Positions 52,408 through 64,000 of a stretch of 64,000 nucleotides of DNA are shown here, piece after piece. Within the stretch, counting starts at the first letter, position 1. Each line of letters begins with the position of its first letter. The DNA is taken from contig NC_092346.1 in the NCBI RefSeq assembly GCF_963676685.1, forward strand, positions 6,882,001-6,946,000, read 5' to 3'. The DNA is from Mytilus edulis (lineage: Eukaryota). A program made the translations under genes and the position numbers. Under the pieces are notes generated by a model. It saw only the letters and a program-made list of their open reading frames with translations, did not search any database and was not told the DNA's origin.

Positions 52408-54737
52408 CAAGAAATGAACAATTACTCAAAAACTGGAAGGACAGTGATGATAAGATGTTTGTTAATACAAGAGCTGCAGAGCATATTTTCAAATGCATAA
52501 AGGAAAACAGTTGTGTAACTATAACAGCTAATTCTGGTGTAGGGAAGACAGCAACACTGAGACATGTAGCTTTACAAATGGTAGAAGAATATGATGTACT
52601 TGTGGTCACAGAGCCAGGTGACATTCTGAGGTATAACAATCCAAATAAGAAAACATTGTTTGTTGTTGATGATTTATGTGGAAACTTTTCGCTGGACCAG
52701 AGTGACATTAAATGTTGGGAACCAATACTAAAAGATATAAGACAAAATCTTGAAAAAAAACAAACAAAAATACTTGCAGCATGTCGGTTACAAGTATATC
52801 AAGACGAAACGTTTGATTCTTTGTCAGTTTTTAAGTCATGTGTATGTAACATGTTATCTAAAAACATTTGCTTGTCAAAACCGGAAAAAGAATTAATAGC
52901 TAAGTTGTATCTCAATGCAAAAGCCTCTGAGATAAGTGACTTTTATGATATTTATGACTGTTTTCCTCTTTTATGTAAACTGTGCCATGATAATTCAAAA
53001 CTTATTATTACAGATTTCTTTCAAAATCCATTTTCAATTTATGAAGCAGAGATTGATAAGTTTCTAAAGAAAGGGCATCACGCTAAATACTGTGCTTTGG
53101 CTTTATGTGTCATGTTTAACAACAAATTAAAGGAAGAAATGTTAACAGAAGAGTTGAATGAACAAACTAGGGCTATTATAGAGAACACGTGTGAGGCATG
53201 CAGATTAGACAGGGGAACATCACGACTTGTATTACAAGATGAACTTGACTCACTTACACATACATTCATAAAGAAAGAAAAAAATGTTTACAAAATTTTA
53301 CATGATAAGATATTTGACTTTCTTGCTAAGATATATGGCAAACACATGACATATTGCTTGATAAGGAATGCAGACAGTGGTTTAATCAAGGAACGATTTT
53401 TATTAGAAACAAAAGATAACATGGATCCGTTTATTACTGTAGTACCTGCAAAATATCATCAGATGTACATACAGAGAATGATTGATGACTGGTCAAATGG
53501 AAAATTACAAGATGTATTTAGTAACATCAATATGAAGATACCTCAGTTTAAACAGAAATTGCTATGCTATTTGAAAACACTAGATATATCCAACCAGACA
53601 AAACTGGCAAATATCTGTAATGAACATGAATACTTATTAAAAAACAGTTGTTCACGTTATATATATATATTTGATGATGATGATGATGATTATGAGGTTG
53701 AGGAGGATGATGATGATGAGGAGGAGGATTATACCTATGAATATACCTATGGAACTTCTTTATTGCATTGTTGTTATTTAGGTGATATGTCATTTGTCAA
53801 GTGGTTGTTAGACAGAGGAGCGGACTGTAATAAATGTGATAGATATAACGCGTCACCTGTAATAACCGCTTGTCAACATGGTCATACCGAAATAGTTAAG
53901 ATTTTGTTAGACAGAGGAGCAGACTATGACAAATGTAATAGTTTTGGTTCATCAACTTTAATGATGGCTTGTAAACATGGTCATACAGAAATAGTAAAGA
54001 TGTTGTTAGACAGAGGAGTAGACTGTAATAAATGTGATGAAAATGACATTTCACCTTTAATGAAGGCTAGTCAACATGGTCATATAGAAATAGTAAAGAT
54101 GTTGTTAGACAGAGGAGCAGACTATAATAAATGTGGATGGTTTGGTGAGTCACCTGTAATGAAGGCTTGTGCACATGGTCATACAGAAATAGTAAAGATG
54201 TTGTTAGACATAAGAGCAGACTATAATAACTATGGAAGGCATGGTGAGTCACCTTTAATGAAGGCTTGTGTAAATGGGCATATAGAAATAGTAAAGATGT
54301 TGTTAGACAGAGGAGCAGACTTTAATAAATGTAACAGGTATGATGAGTCACCTGTAATGGAGGCTTGTAAACATGGTCATATAGAAATAGTAAAGATGTT
54401 GTTAGACAGAGGAGCAGACTATAATAAATATGGAAGGCATGGTGAGTCACCTTTAATGAAGAAGGCTTGTGTAAATGGGCATATAGAAATAGTAAAGATG
54501 TTATTAGACAAAGGAGCAGACTATAATAAAGGTGATAATGATGGTCAGTCACCTGTAATGATGGCTTGTGAATATGGCCATACCGAAATACTGAGAATGT
54601 TGTTAGACAGAGGAGCAGACTGTAATAAATGTAATGGACAGGGTCAGTCAGCTTCAAAGATTGCCTATGAAAGAGGAAACAAAACTATAATTGATATGAT
54701 TCATCAACATACCAGTCAGAAAATAGTTCGAAATTGA
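52408..54737 (+). CDS. Exon 4: STAND P-loop NTPase (nSTAND3-like), acidic linker and about 10 ankyrin repeats
   Basis: Acceptor ctttcag|CA (phase 1) in frame with ORF 52455-54737; Walker A ITANSGVGKT, Walker B LFVVDDLCG; ankyrin consensus SPLMKAC..GHIEIVKMLLDRGAD; stop TGA ends at 54737. Confidence 0.92.
53748..54710 (+). repeat. Tandem 99-bp ankyrin-coding repeats (about 10 units including caps)
   Basis: Recurrent ggtcata(c/t)agaaatagtaaagatgttgttagacagaggagcagact at about 99-bp spacing. Confidence 0.92.
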
Positions 54738-54769
54738 AGTTTAATCAATTTTTTCCAAATGCTTTAAAG

Positions 54770-57070
54770 GCAATAACAATCAAAACCAAGGAGTAAACGA
54801 AGATTCACAAAACCAAAGGACATTTACATCAACAGTTATAAATAATAATTAAGAAACAACACCAACTCCAGGGATTGAAATCAGGTGCTCCGGAAGGATA
54901 ACCATTTCCTGCACCGTATACGGCACCCGTCGTGTAATTTCTTTGTTCAGTTCGGTAATGATGGAAGGTTATTATGACTGAGGAAGCATATCAGATATGA
55001 TTTCTGACACACTTTTGTGATAATGGCCAATCAGCTCATGATTGCGACCGTAAAATTTCTTGAGTGATGACCTTAATTTGATTGATTCATAGCCCTGATT
55101 ATCAACTTTTGAGAAAGTAGTATTCCTCGTTCAACAAAATCAACGTACTTTGAGCTAGCTCTAGAGTAACGTATCAATTGACACACATATACTACATATG
55201 CTGGTGCCAGTGGGATGTTGCTACACAGAAATGGAAAGTTGACAAAAGGAAAATTAAAATCATCGCGTTTGTCATAAATTTTGGTATTCAACCTACCATC
55301 AGTACTCATTTCGAGAAAAAAAAGTCTAAATATGAAGCAGATTTATCTGTGTCGGTAGGATCTTTAATTTCAAATTCACTTGGCTATATTAAATGTAAGT
55401 GATCATTGAATCTATTATTATTGAGAGACAGTACATCATCAATATACCGAAAGGTGAAATTAAAAGACTGGGCTAATTTCTTTTCTCCTTTCTGTACTAG
55501 CCCTTGGAAAAATTCTGCTTCATAGGAATATAAAATCAAATCTGCAAGTAGAGGAGAGCAATTGGTACCCATTTGGATTCTAATAGTCTGTTGGAAGACC
55601 AAACTTCCAAATTCAACAAATATGTTGTCAATTAAAAAGTCCAGCATGGCAGTGATATCCTCTTCGGTATATTTTTTCCTTGACTCTGTATGATTTTAAC
55701 AAAGGAAGCTAAATTCCAGCCCAAAATTAGATATTTTAAACGTCTAGTGCCCTTTTTGTTAAAGCTGGCGAGTTATTTCAGTCGAGCTTTAAGTTTAGTA
55801 TGTGAAATAGTGGTATAAAGAGTTGAAAAATCAAAGGTTTTAATGTTGGTACAATGTTTTAATGATTGAGATTATAAATTCACCAATAACTCTTTGAATT
55901 TTTCAGTATCCACATTTGATTAAACCCAATTCTTGAATATGCCGTTTTGGAATATTTCTGAAGTCTTTCTTTGACTGCAGTGAGTATGGCAGTAAGAACA
56001 TAAGAAAGGGGTTTAGTGGAACACTTGGAAGAACCTGCAATATACCTTTCCTTATAAGGATTCTTGTAAAGCTTAGTAATCCAATATAAGGATGGAAGAT
56101 CCTGGTCTTCATCCTTTGGATTAACACCAAAGGAGATTAGAACCGATTTGTGGTTTTCCAGGATCTCCTGCTTCGTAAGCGTACTTAGTGCATATGTAGG
56201 ATTTCAAAGTGTGTTATTTATCGCCAGTTCCTTAATCAGGCAGACAATGTATTGTTTCTTGCAAACACAAACAATATTGTTTGAGGCTTTGTCAGCTGGA
56301 ACGACAACATATTTGTCATGGAGGCAAGACAACTCCTCTATTATATGAGGGTCTTTACAGATGGAAGGAGCTTTGGTGCTCATTGACCCTTTAAGCTTAC
56401 TTACTCTTATCTGAATCAGTGACCTCACTGATTTTACCCACACCGAAAGAGTGTCAACCTCAACTTTTTCTCTTTTTGCCCAGTCTTTTGCATAACCCTC
56501 AACAAAATGCATTAGTAGTTTGAAGTTCTGCTACCAATTGATTGGCTGTGGCTCTCTGTATTTCGGACCCTTTGACAAAAATTGTCTCAACTTGTAGTTA
56601 TTGACTATGTTTAGGTCTCCAGAAATTACTTGGCCAGCAGGATTATACACGAAAAGGGAATTGGGAACAGGCACAATCAGGTGGTTTAGCTTTAGATTTG
56701 AGGTCATCAATATTTAGATTCTGCAACACTTTTTTGTGATTAAACATTTTAGATGCAACAGGGTTGGTGTAGGAATAGGATACTATAGAAGAAGATTGAT
56801 CCTTAAAGTAATAAGGCATGTTGCTTTTTACTCTTTTATGGTGAAGATTATTACTTATATTTATAGCATCAATACCCTTGTTTGTGAACTTCAAATTGAA
56901 GAATTAACGTTTTTGCAGTTCCTTCGAATGTTAAAAAACGGGTCTGAATAATCTATGGTTAGCAATATCCATCACCCTGGCAACTATTTTAAGTTTTAAA
57001 GGCTGTCATAAATGCTTGTTGATATTTAAACTTGTGTGTGGTATATGTTAATACCTGTTATATTGAAATT
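54770..57070 (-). mobile_element. Degenerate Penelope-like retroelement (RT pseudogene)
   Basis: Frameshifted ORFs: KYVVVPADKASNNIV; LDFLIDNIFVEFG..FQQ...MGTNCSPLLADL; FRYIDDVLSLNN; TKIYDKRDDFNFP. Confidence 0.85.
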
Positions 57071-59180
57071 TCAATATTCTACCTTTTTTCTAGAGACTTT
57101 CTTGTTATTGCTTACAGTACTTAAGGATGTACTTAGGTCAGGTGTAGGAATTTGTGTCGGATTTTTATTTTTTCATACGATACAGGGTAAAATATATTGC
57201 ACCATAACACCCATTTTTCTTTTCATATAAGACTTCAATAGCTCATAAAAGGTCATTTAACATAATTTAAGCATATTATAGATTTCTTTTCTTTCGATTT
57301 GAAGCCCAAATGATACCAATGCAAGTATAAGGTAAAAGTCTGAGTCAGCCTTTTCCTGCCATTTCTATATACATGTAATTCGAAAAGGAGACCCAAAACC
57401 AATCAATATTTTTAGCTTAGTTTGTGTCTTAACTAATGCTCTTCTGACTTATAGTATCAATTTTAAATTCCAAATTCGTTTTTTGATTTCACCTAAGTAC
57501 ATCCTTAACCTATTGAAGATATATGTATTTAAATCCGTTGTAAATACTAATATTAGTCCGTTTTATTTACAAAATACAGATATTATGACAAGATATTTCA
57601 TAGTCATTGCCTCCATTGTTAAAGTAATATGAACTTCAAATTAAAAAAATATAATGCATATGTTTTTTTATAACTAAATGTCTAGTTTTTGGAAAGTTTG
57701 CTATAGCTTGCTATAGCTTACTATAGCTACTTTCTTAAGGCGTCGGCCTCAACTTCCGGTGAGACAGACTATCGCAGATGTTGACTGCTCCAAGATAAGG
57801 TAGTACTAGTGTTCGAAGTCTGATTCTTGGATATTTTGAGTTGCTACTCTTTTGAAAAGATTACAGCTTGAATAAAAAAGTAATGAATTTTCACCGACAA
57901 TTCAGATGAATTTAACTTCATTTTGAAAATAAGTATCACACACTCTACTTTGCGGATCGGTCATTGACTGAAGAGAAAATCAAAAGAAATCTACACGAGA
58001 CAGCGTTTCATTCATTATTATTTCATGAATGAACATTTTCCCGCACTATTGTTTACTATGCACGATATTTACAACTGTTTATTATTGAATAAGTAAAAGC
58101 CCGAGTGTATCGATAGAGTCCGGTATGCGAGAAATAGTTAACATTTGACCAAGTTGTCGGATAATTGACAAGTGATAATGGTTTGATTTATTTTCACAAT
58201 ACACAGGTGATAGAATATAAAGTAATCGATAATTATATGGCTAATGTCTCACGCCAAAGACGAGTAAAGGTAAATACCGGCTGTTGTGTATTGTTTTTGT
58301 CAAAATGACATCGATCTGGAAGTTTTGATGCCAAAAATCATTTGAAAACTTTTAATTCCGTTATTTACATACCAGCTGTTTCCCATCCCAATGTGGATAT
58401 AAGGACCTTCACTCGTTCAGCATGATCAAGTGGATCAAACTGACAACAGAAAAACATTGTCTTAATGACAATTAGTATCATAGCATCCGTATAATTTAAA
58501 AGCAACCGAGTCATCATCTACTTCTTGGAATATTATAGTTCAATGTATCAGGACCGAGATCAAGCTATAGACAAGAGCTGTAGAAATTATTAAAATGAAT
58601 TTTTTTTAATAACATTTGTCCATGTACTAGCAAAATGACGTGCTTAGTGCTTAACAATGCAGTGGCGGATAAATGGCTGAAAACGAAAATCTCAAATGTC
58701 ATTGCCTCAATGGTAAATTACACAGCAGCAACTAAAATGTGTTACAGAGTTATAAGTACCTCAGGTCAACATTGTATGAATCTAATGTATATAAACTTTT
58801 TAGTCCTGATGTCATACTACTATTGTTATGCCCCCACCATATTGAGTTTTATCCTTGTTTTTTCTATAAGTATGTACGTCCCTTACTTGTACGTACGTCC
58901 ATACATCCCAAAATTGATTTCTGTTCTCTTATCTCGGTTTGCCTGAACCAAATTTTATGAAACTTATACGCAATGCTTATAACCACAAAACACAAAAGTC
59001 AAGTCTGAATTTTGTTGGCGTCACTTTTATCATTCTAGATGTAAAGGGGTGACATTTGTAGTATACCCTATCAAGTATATATACCCTTATATATATATAA
59101 GTTTGACTTGTAGCTTTCTCCGGTTATACATTTATCAGCTGAACATAAAAACGGTCTTCAAATTTAGAAGTATAGATATA

Positions 59181-59461
59181 TAAAACAAGAATGTGTCCAT
59201 CGTACACGGATGCCCCATCCGCACTATCATTTTCTATGTTCAGTGGACCATGAAAATGGAGTAAAACTCTAATTTTGGCATAAAAATTAGATAGATTATA
59301 TCATAGGGAACATATGTACTAAGTTTCAAGTTGATTGGACTTCAACTTCATTAAAAACTACCCCGACCAAAAACTTTAACCTGAATGGGACAGACGAACG
59401 GACGGAAGGACGAACGGATGCACAGACCAGAAAATTAATGCCAATAAATGGGGCATAAAAA
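59181..59461 (-). mobile_element. Short Helentron/HINE-like element
   Basis: A-run ends; ATGCCCC/GGGGCAT inverted motif; GGAC/GAAC microsatellite; terminal hairpin gtgtcc..acacgg. Confidence 0.55.
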
Positions 59462-59749
59462 GTGACTTTTGGAAATTGCTGGCGAGACAATAATTTAGTT
59501 TGAAAAATCTAAACTGTGATTAAAAACATATTTGAAATAATACACAAATACAGTTTCAAACTTTCCAGAGGTGCTATCCAGCACTTTGATTATAATAAAA
59601 CTGATGTACACTAACTTTTTTTCTGAAGAATATTCTATAATTTGTCCAAATTTAAACACTTTTTTAAATTTCAAAATGTATGGCCGGACATTTTTATTCC
59701 AAATGGTGCCCTCAATTTGGTGCCTTTTGTGTTATCAGTTGAACAAACA

Positions 59750-62290
59750 TCAGTGCATGTCATTATAAGGTATACGGAAGTGATAACATGACAGTCATTA
59801 TAAGGCCAACGGTAATGAGAACATGATAATCATAACACGATCTACAATACTGAGAACTTGAGAGTCATTATAAGATCTTCAATAATGAGAACATAAGTAT
59901 AGTAATTATTAGGTCAACAATAGTGAAACATCATTATAAGGTCTTAGATATTGAGAACATGACTGTCATTATTACGTCTACCAAAGTGAGATCAAAAGAT
60001 TCATTATGAGTTCATCAATAGTGAAAACATGAAAGTCATTATTAGGTCTTAAATAATGAAAATATGACAGTTTTATATGGTCTACAGCATTTAGAACATA
60101 AGTCATTATTAGGTAAACAGTTAACAGTACATGAGAGTTATTATTTGTGTTACAGAAAGGAAACACATGAGAGTCATTATAAGGTCTGCAGTACTAAGAA
60201 CATGACAGTCATTATAAGGTATACAGTATTAAAAACATGACAGTCACTATAAGGTATACAGTTAGCAGGCCATGAGAGTTATTATTTGTGTTACAGAAAG
60301 GATAACATATGGGATTCATCATAAGGTCTACATCAGTGATAACATAGTCATTAATGGTTCTACAGTTCTGAGAACATGTATTATTATAAGGTCTACAGTA
60401 GGCAGAACATGAGAGTTCGTTTTTTCTATACAGAAGGGATAAAAGAGGGGCGAAAGATACCTGAGGGACATTCAAACTCAAATGTGGAAAATAAACAGAT
60501 AACCTCAATGCAAAAAAAAAACCAATAGACAAACAATAGAACACAAAACACAACGTAGAAAAATTAAAGACTGAGCAATACGAACCCAACTAAAAACTGG
60601 GGATAATTTCAGGTGCTCCTGACGGGTAAGCAGATCCTGCTCCACATATGGCACCAGTCGTGTTGCTCATGTTATTACAGACACGGTAATAAGTCTTAAT
60701 TCGGTAGGTCACATTCGGGAAAAGGGTACGGGATTATAGTTACGATATTAGGAACATATCCGTTATCATCTGTGAAACCGATATTCAATAACGGTCAACC
60801 AACTCTTGATGGCATCCTGTAAAACTTACGAAGGAATGACTAAAACTCCATCATTTGGAACTGTTTGTTTAATAGCTTCCTTAAGAGCAGCAATCCTCTA
60901 TCAACGAAATCGTGATGGCAAATACACGCCATGGAATATCGTATCAACTGGGAGATAAATACTCCCTATGCAGGCACTGATGGAATGTTGCTACATTGAA
61001 ATGGAAAGTTTACAATTTGGAAGCTGAAATCACCTCTGTGGTCGTAAAGTTTTGTTTTCAACTGACCCTCATTGTTAATATCTAGATGTAAGCCAATATA
61101 TGAGACAGACATCTGTATCTGGTGTATCCTTTATCTCAAGTTCGATGGAAAGATTCGTTCAACATAGCCAAATTTCATCTTTTTAATGATAGAACACTAT
61201 CTATATAGCTGAAAGTAAAATTAAAGAATACTGCTAACTTCTTTTCTTTCTTCTTAAAAAGCTCCTGTATGAAATCAGCCTCATATGAATAAAGGAACAA
61301 TTCGAATAGATGGACACAGTTTGTTCCCATGGGAATGCCGATTGTTTGTTGAAAACACGTCATTCAAACGTAACAAATATGTTGTCCATCAAGAAACAAG
61401 CATCTTGATACTGTCAGTTTCAGAAAATGTGTTGTTAGAATCAGAGTGATTTTTTCACAAAGTAGGATTTTCCCCTTCCTATGACAAGATACTTGTATCT
61501 ACGTTGACTATTCTTTTTATGAAACAAAGCAGGACCAACTCCTTCAATTTTTCTTTTAATTGGAATGGGGAATGCTTGTGTAAAGTGTAGAAAAATCAAA
61601 TGTTTTATACTATTGCAAGATGAAAGAGACTTAGATTGTATGTACTCTTAAAGATCTTTTAAATTTTGTAGTCTCAACATCTGATTCACGCCAACTCTAG
61701 AATTGGTAGATTCACAATTACTTTGAAGCCCAGCTTTGATTGTTGATAACATTGATGTTAATAATTTAGAAAGAGGTTTCGTCGAGCACATTGAAGACTA
61801 ATTATAACATGTGCAAGTCATTTCTAGGCAAACAAGAGTATGAGGGTCATTATAAGATCTACAGTACTCAGAACATGACGATTATAACGAGGTCTGCAGT
61901 AGTGAGAAAATAATAATCATTTTGAGGTCAACAGTCCACAGTATTAAACACAAAAAAAAAATCATTATTTGTTTTAAAGTATAGAAAACATGAGAGTCAT
62001 TAGGCTACAATGTTGAGAATATGTAAGCCATTACAAGGTCTACAGTAGAGAGAACATGACAGTCCTTATTAGGTCTACAGTACTAAGAGCATCAGTCCTT
62101 ATTAGGTCCACAGAAGGGGGAACATGATAGTCATTATAAGCAAAATAAAGTGCACAAATGAAAGTTTGCATGAGGTCTATATTAAGGAGAGCATGAGGAA
62201 CAATACCAGGTCTACAGTACTAAGATCATGAGTGTCATTATAAGACCTTCGATGATGAGTCTATCTAAGTAATTTTTAGGTATACAAGAG
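59750..62290. repeat. Degenerate minisatellite of about 35 bp, interrupted by the Penelope fragment
   Basis: Unit approximately gaacatgacagtcattataaggtctacagtactaa, present at 59750-60420 and 61800-62290. Confidence 0.75.
60435..61800 (-). mobile_element. Second, more decayed Penelope-like RT fragment
   Basis: FQQTIGIPMGTNC...LYSYEADFIQEL...FSYID; terminal region caggtgctcc...tcctgctccac resembles that at 54880. Confidence 0.8.
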
Positions 62291-64000
62291 TGATTGGTAA
62301 GCTATTCTATAAATTGGCCATCTCTCAGTTACCAAACCAGTATAAAAGTTTCAAATGGCGGAAAATACAAATTCCGCCATCATTGAATGTGTCATATATT
62401 ATCAATGTCCTGAACGTTCAAACATAACATTAGCGAAAGAAAGAAAGAGGATAAACGTCAACATTAACCATTCACTACAGCAAGTTATCAAAACAATTTC
62501 AGATGACGGTGGGCTCGAAGCAGAAGCTGAAAAGATTGGGCATCGGGGGGGGGGGAGGGGGGGGGGTGATACAAGTCACCATAAGTAGAATAGAAAAACA
62601 AGATGGTGCTACAAAGGTCTTTTCTATATCCACAGATACTTCGTGGAATTTAGAGAAACTTCATCTAAAGGAATCTCCCATTTTACAAGGTCATTATCTT
62701 CATACTCATTCATGTAGCATTAGTCCTGATTTTCGGGCAGGTATGCAGATTATCCACATCAATTTTATCATTATTTTTTACACTGAATTTTCTCTCGCCT
62801 GCACAATTATGGAAGGAAATTAAAACAATAATACAGAAATAACCAACAAAATGACAAAACACTTCAATGCAGGCATTCGAGTTGAGACTGGCACAACACA
62901 TGTTGGTTGTTTTCTATATTTGTTTACATAATTATTATGCGATCAGTTATTTATGATCATTTATGTTTATCCTTTGCCAGGACACTTTATTCTATTTTCA
63001 AAATCCTCGACCGCCACCCCCTCTTTCGTGTTGATTATATAGGGAATCAATGACGGATGACTGGAGCCCCACCCCCTTTTAGGTCAGTCAGTGGACCCCT
63101 CTTATAAAAAGTTCTGGGTCCGCCACTGTGCTTTTATATTATCGGGTATTGATGGAATAAGTAAAATCGCGAGTTTATGCAGATCTATGCATACTTCAGT
63201 TGTGTAAACATCATGTGTAATTTTTAATCGAAAAGTATGTCATGTGTATAAAAACGCGGACCTCGAAGAAGACACATACATTTTCAGAAAATGAATTCGT
63301 CTCTTTTATTATCTTCTATATATAGATTTTTAAAAAAAGTACACGCATGTCCACCCTACATTATTACGAAAACTTATTTATGAAAGCAGTTTATAGCGAG
63401 AACAAAAAGAAAAAGACTTACCTAAGCAGTTTTAATAATTACGCTGCTCCTTCAGGAGAGATTGAGATACATGTAACATCCATTCACTGCATCCATACAT
63501 TTGTAGTGATACTGTTTATTTATTATTTAACACATTAAAAATATAGTATGTTTCGATCTGTTCACTTTACTATATTAATTGTCGATCACAACGATGTTAT
63601 GGTTCCAATTGAATTCATATAGTCTGACGCTGGGAAACCATCTATATAACCACACCTAGTCCTAGATCATGAGGTGACGTCAAATGAACGTTCAGCACAT
63701 GTGATTTAATAAATGAAAACGATTGGTTATGAGTTATACCCTTCAGGGGCACAATAAAGTTCGAAAAAAGATGCATCGTGCAATTAACAAATGATAAATG
63801 TCCCTTCTCGTATATCTACACATCACCATTTTTTTTTAATATAAAAACTTAAACATTTACACATAAAAAAGGACAATTACTGATTTGTACAGCAAAGAAA
63901 ACTAAAGTGTTCAATCAGGCAGTAATAAAAAGAAATCTAAATTACCAACACCCTGGTCCTCTATATTTTTATAGCCCTAAAATGTTATGGTTTGACCATA

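Noticed and set aside
52379-54657. Minus-strand ORFs over exon 4, including a poly-His ORF
   Set aside because: Antisense shadows of the GAT-rich and ankyrin coding sequence
52455-54737. Stand-alone or bacterial-origin STAND gene
   Set aside because: A splice acceptor and phase-compatible upstream exons show it is the last exon of a spliced gene
59750-62290. 35-bp periodic repeats as CRISPR or coding repeats
   Set aside because: Contiguous degenerate tandem units with no spacers and no long ORF

Overview
AT-rich, repeat-dense eukaryotic DNA. Spliceosomal introns and the repeat families suggest a bivalve (Mytilus-like; my inference). One intact host gene can be assembled from four GT-AG exons (30959-31175, 34289-34518, 37193-37487, 52408-54737; 3072 nt, 1023 aa). 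It encodes an NLR-like protein: DZIP3-type HEPN (RNxxAH), coiled coil, STAND P-loop NTPase (nSTAND3-like), acidic linker and about 10 near-identical ankyrin repeats. Intron 3 holds a complete 11.8-kb P-superfamily DNA transposon (38674-50477; perfect 37-bp TIRs, 7-bp TSD ATCTGAA) with two convergent genes. One is a P/THAP9-type DDE transposase with no recognisable THAP domain, no C-terminal domain and one in-frame stop. The other is a C2H2 zinc-finger protein carrying the missing P-transposase C-terminal domain (YIAGY...RGGLxKPS), which suggests a split, two-component P element. The rest is a TE mosaic: LINE and Penelope-like fragments, hammerhead ribozyme remnants, a Helitron in a dead copy of exon 1, Helentron-like elements, piggyBac-type and P-type MITEs, foldbacks, minisatellites and a 969-bp tandem duplication.
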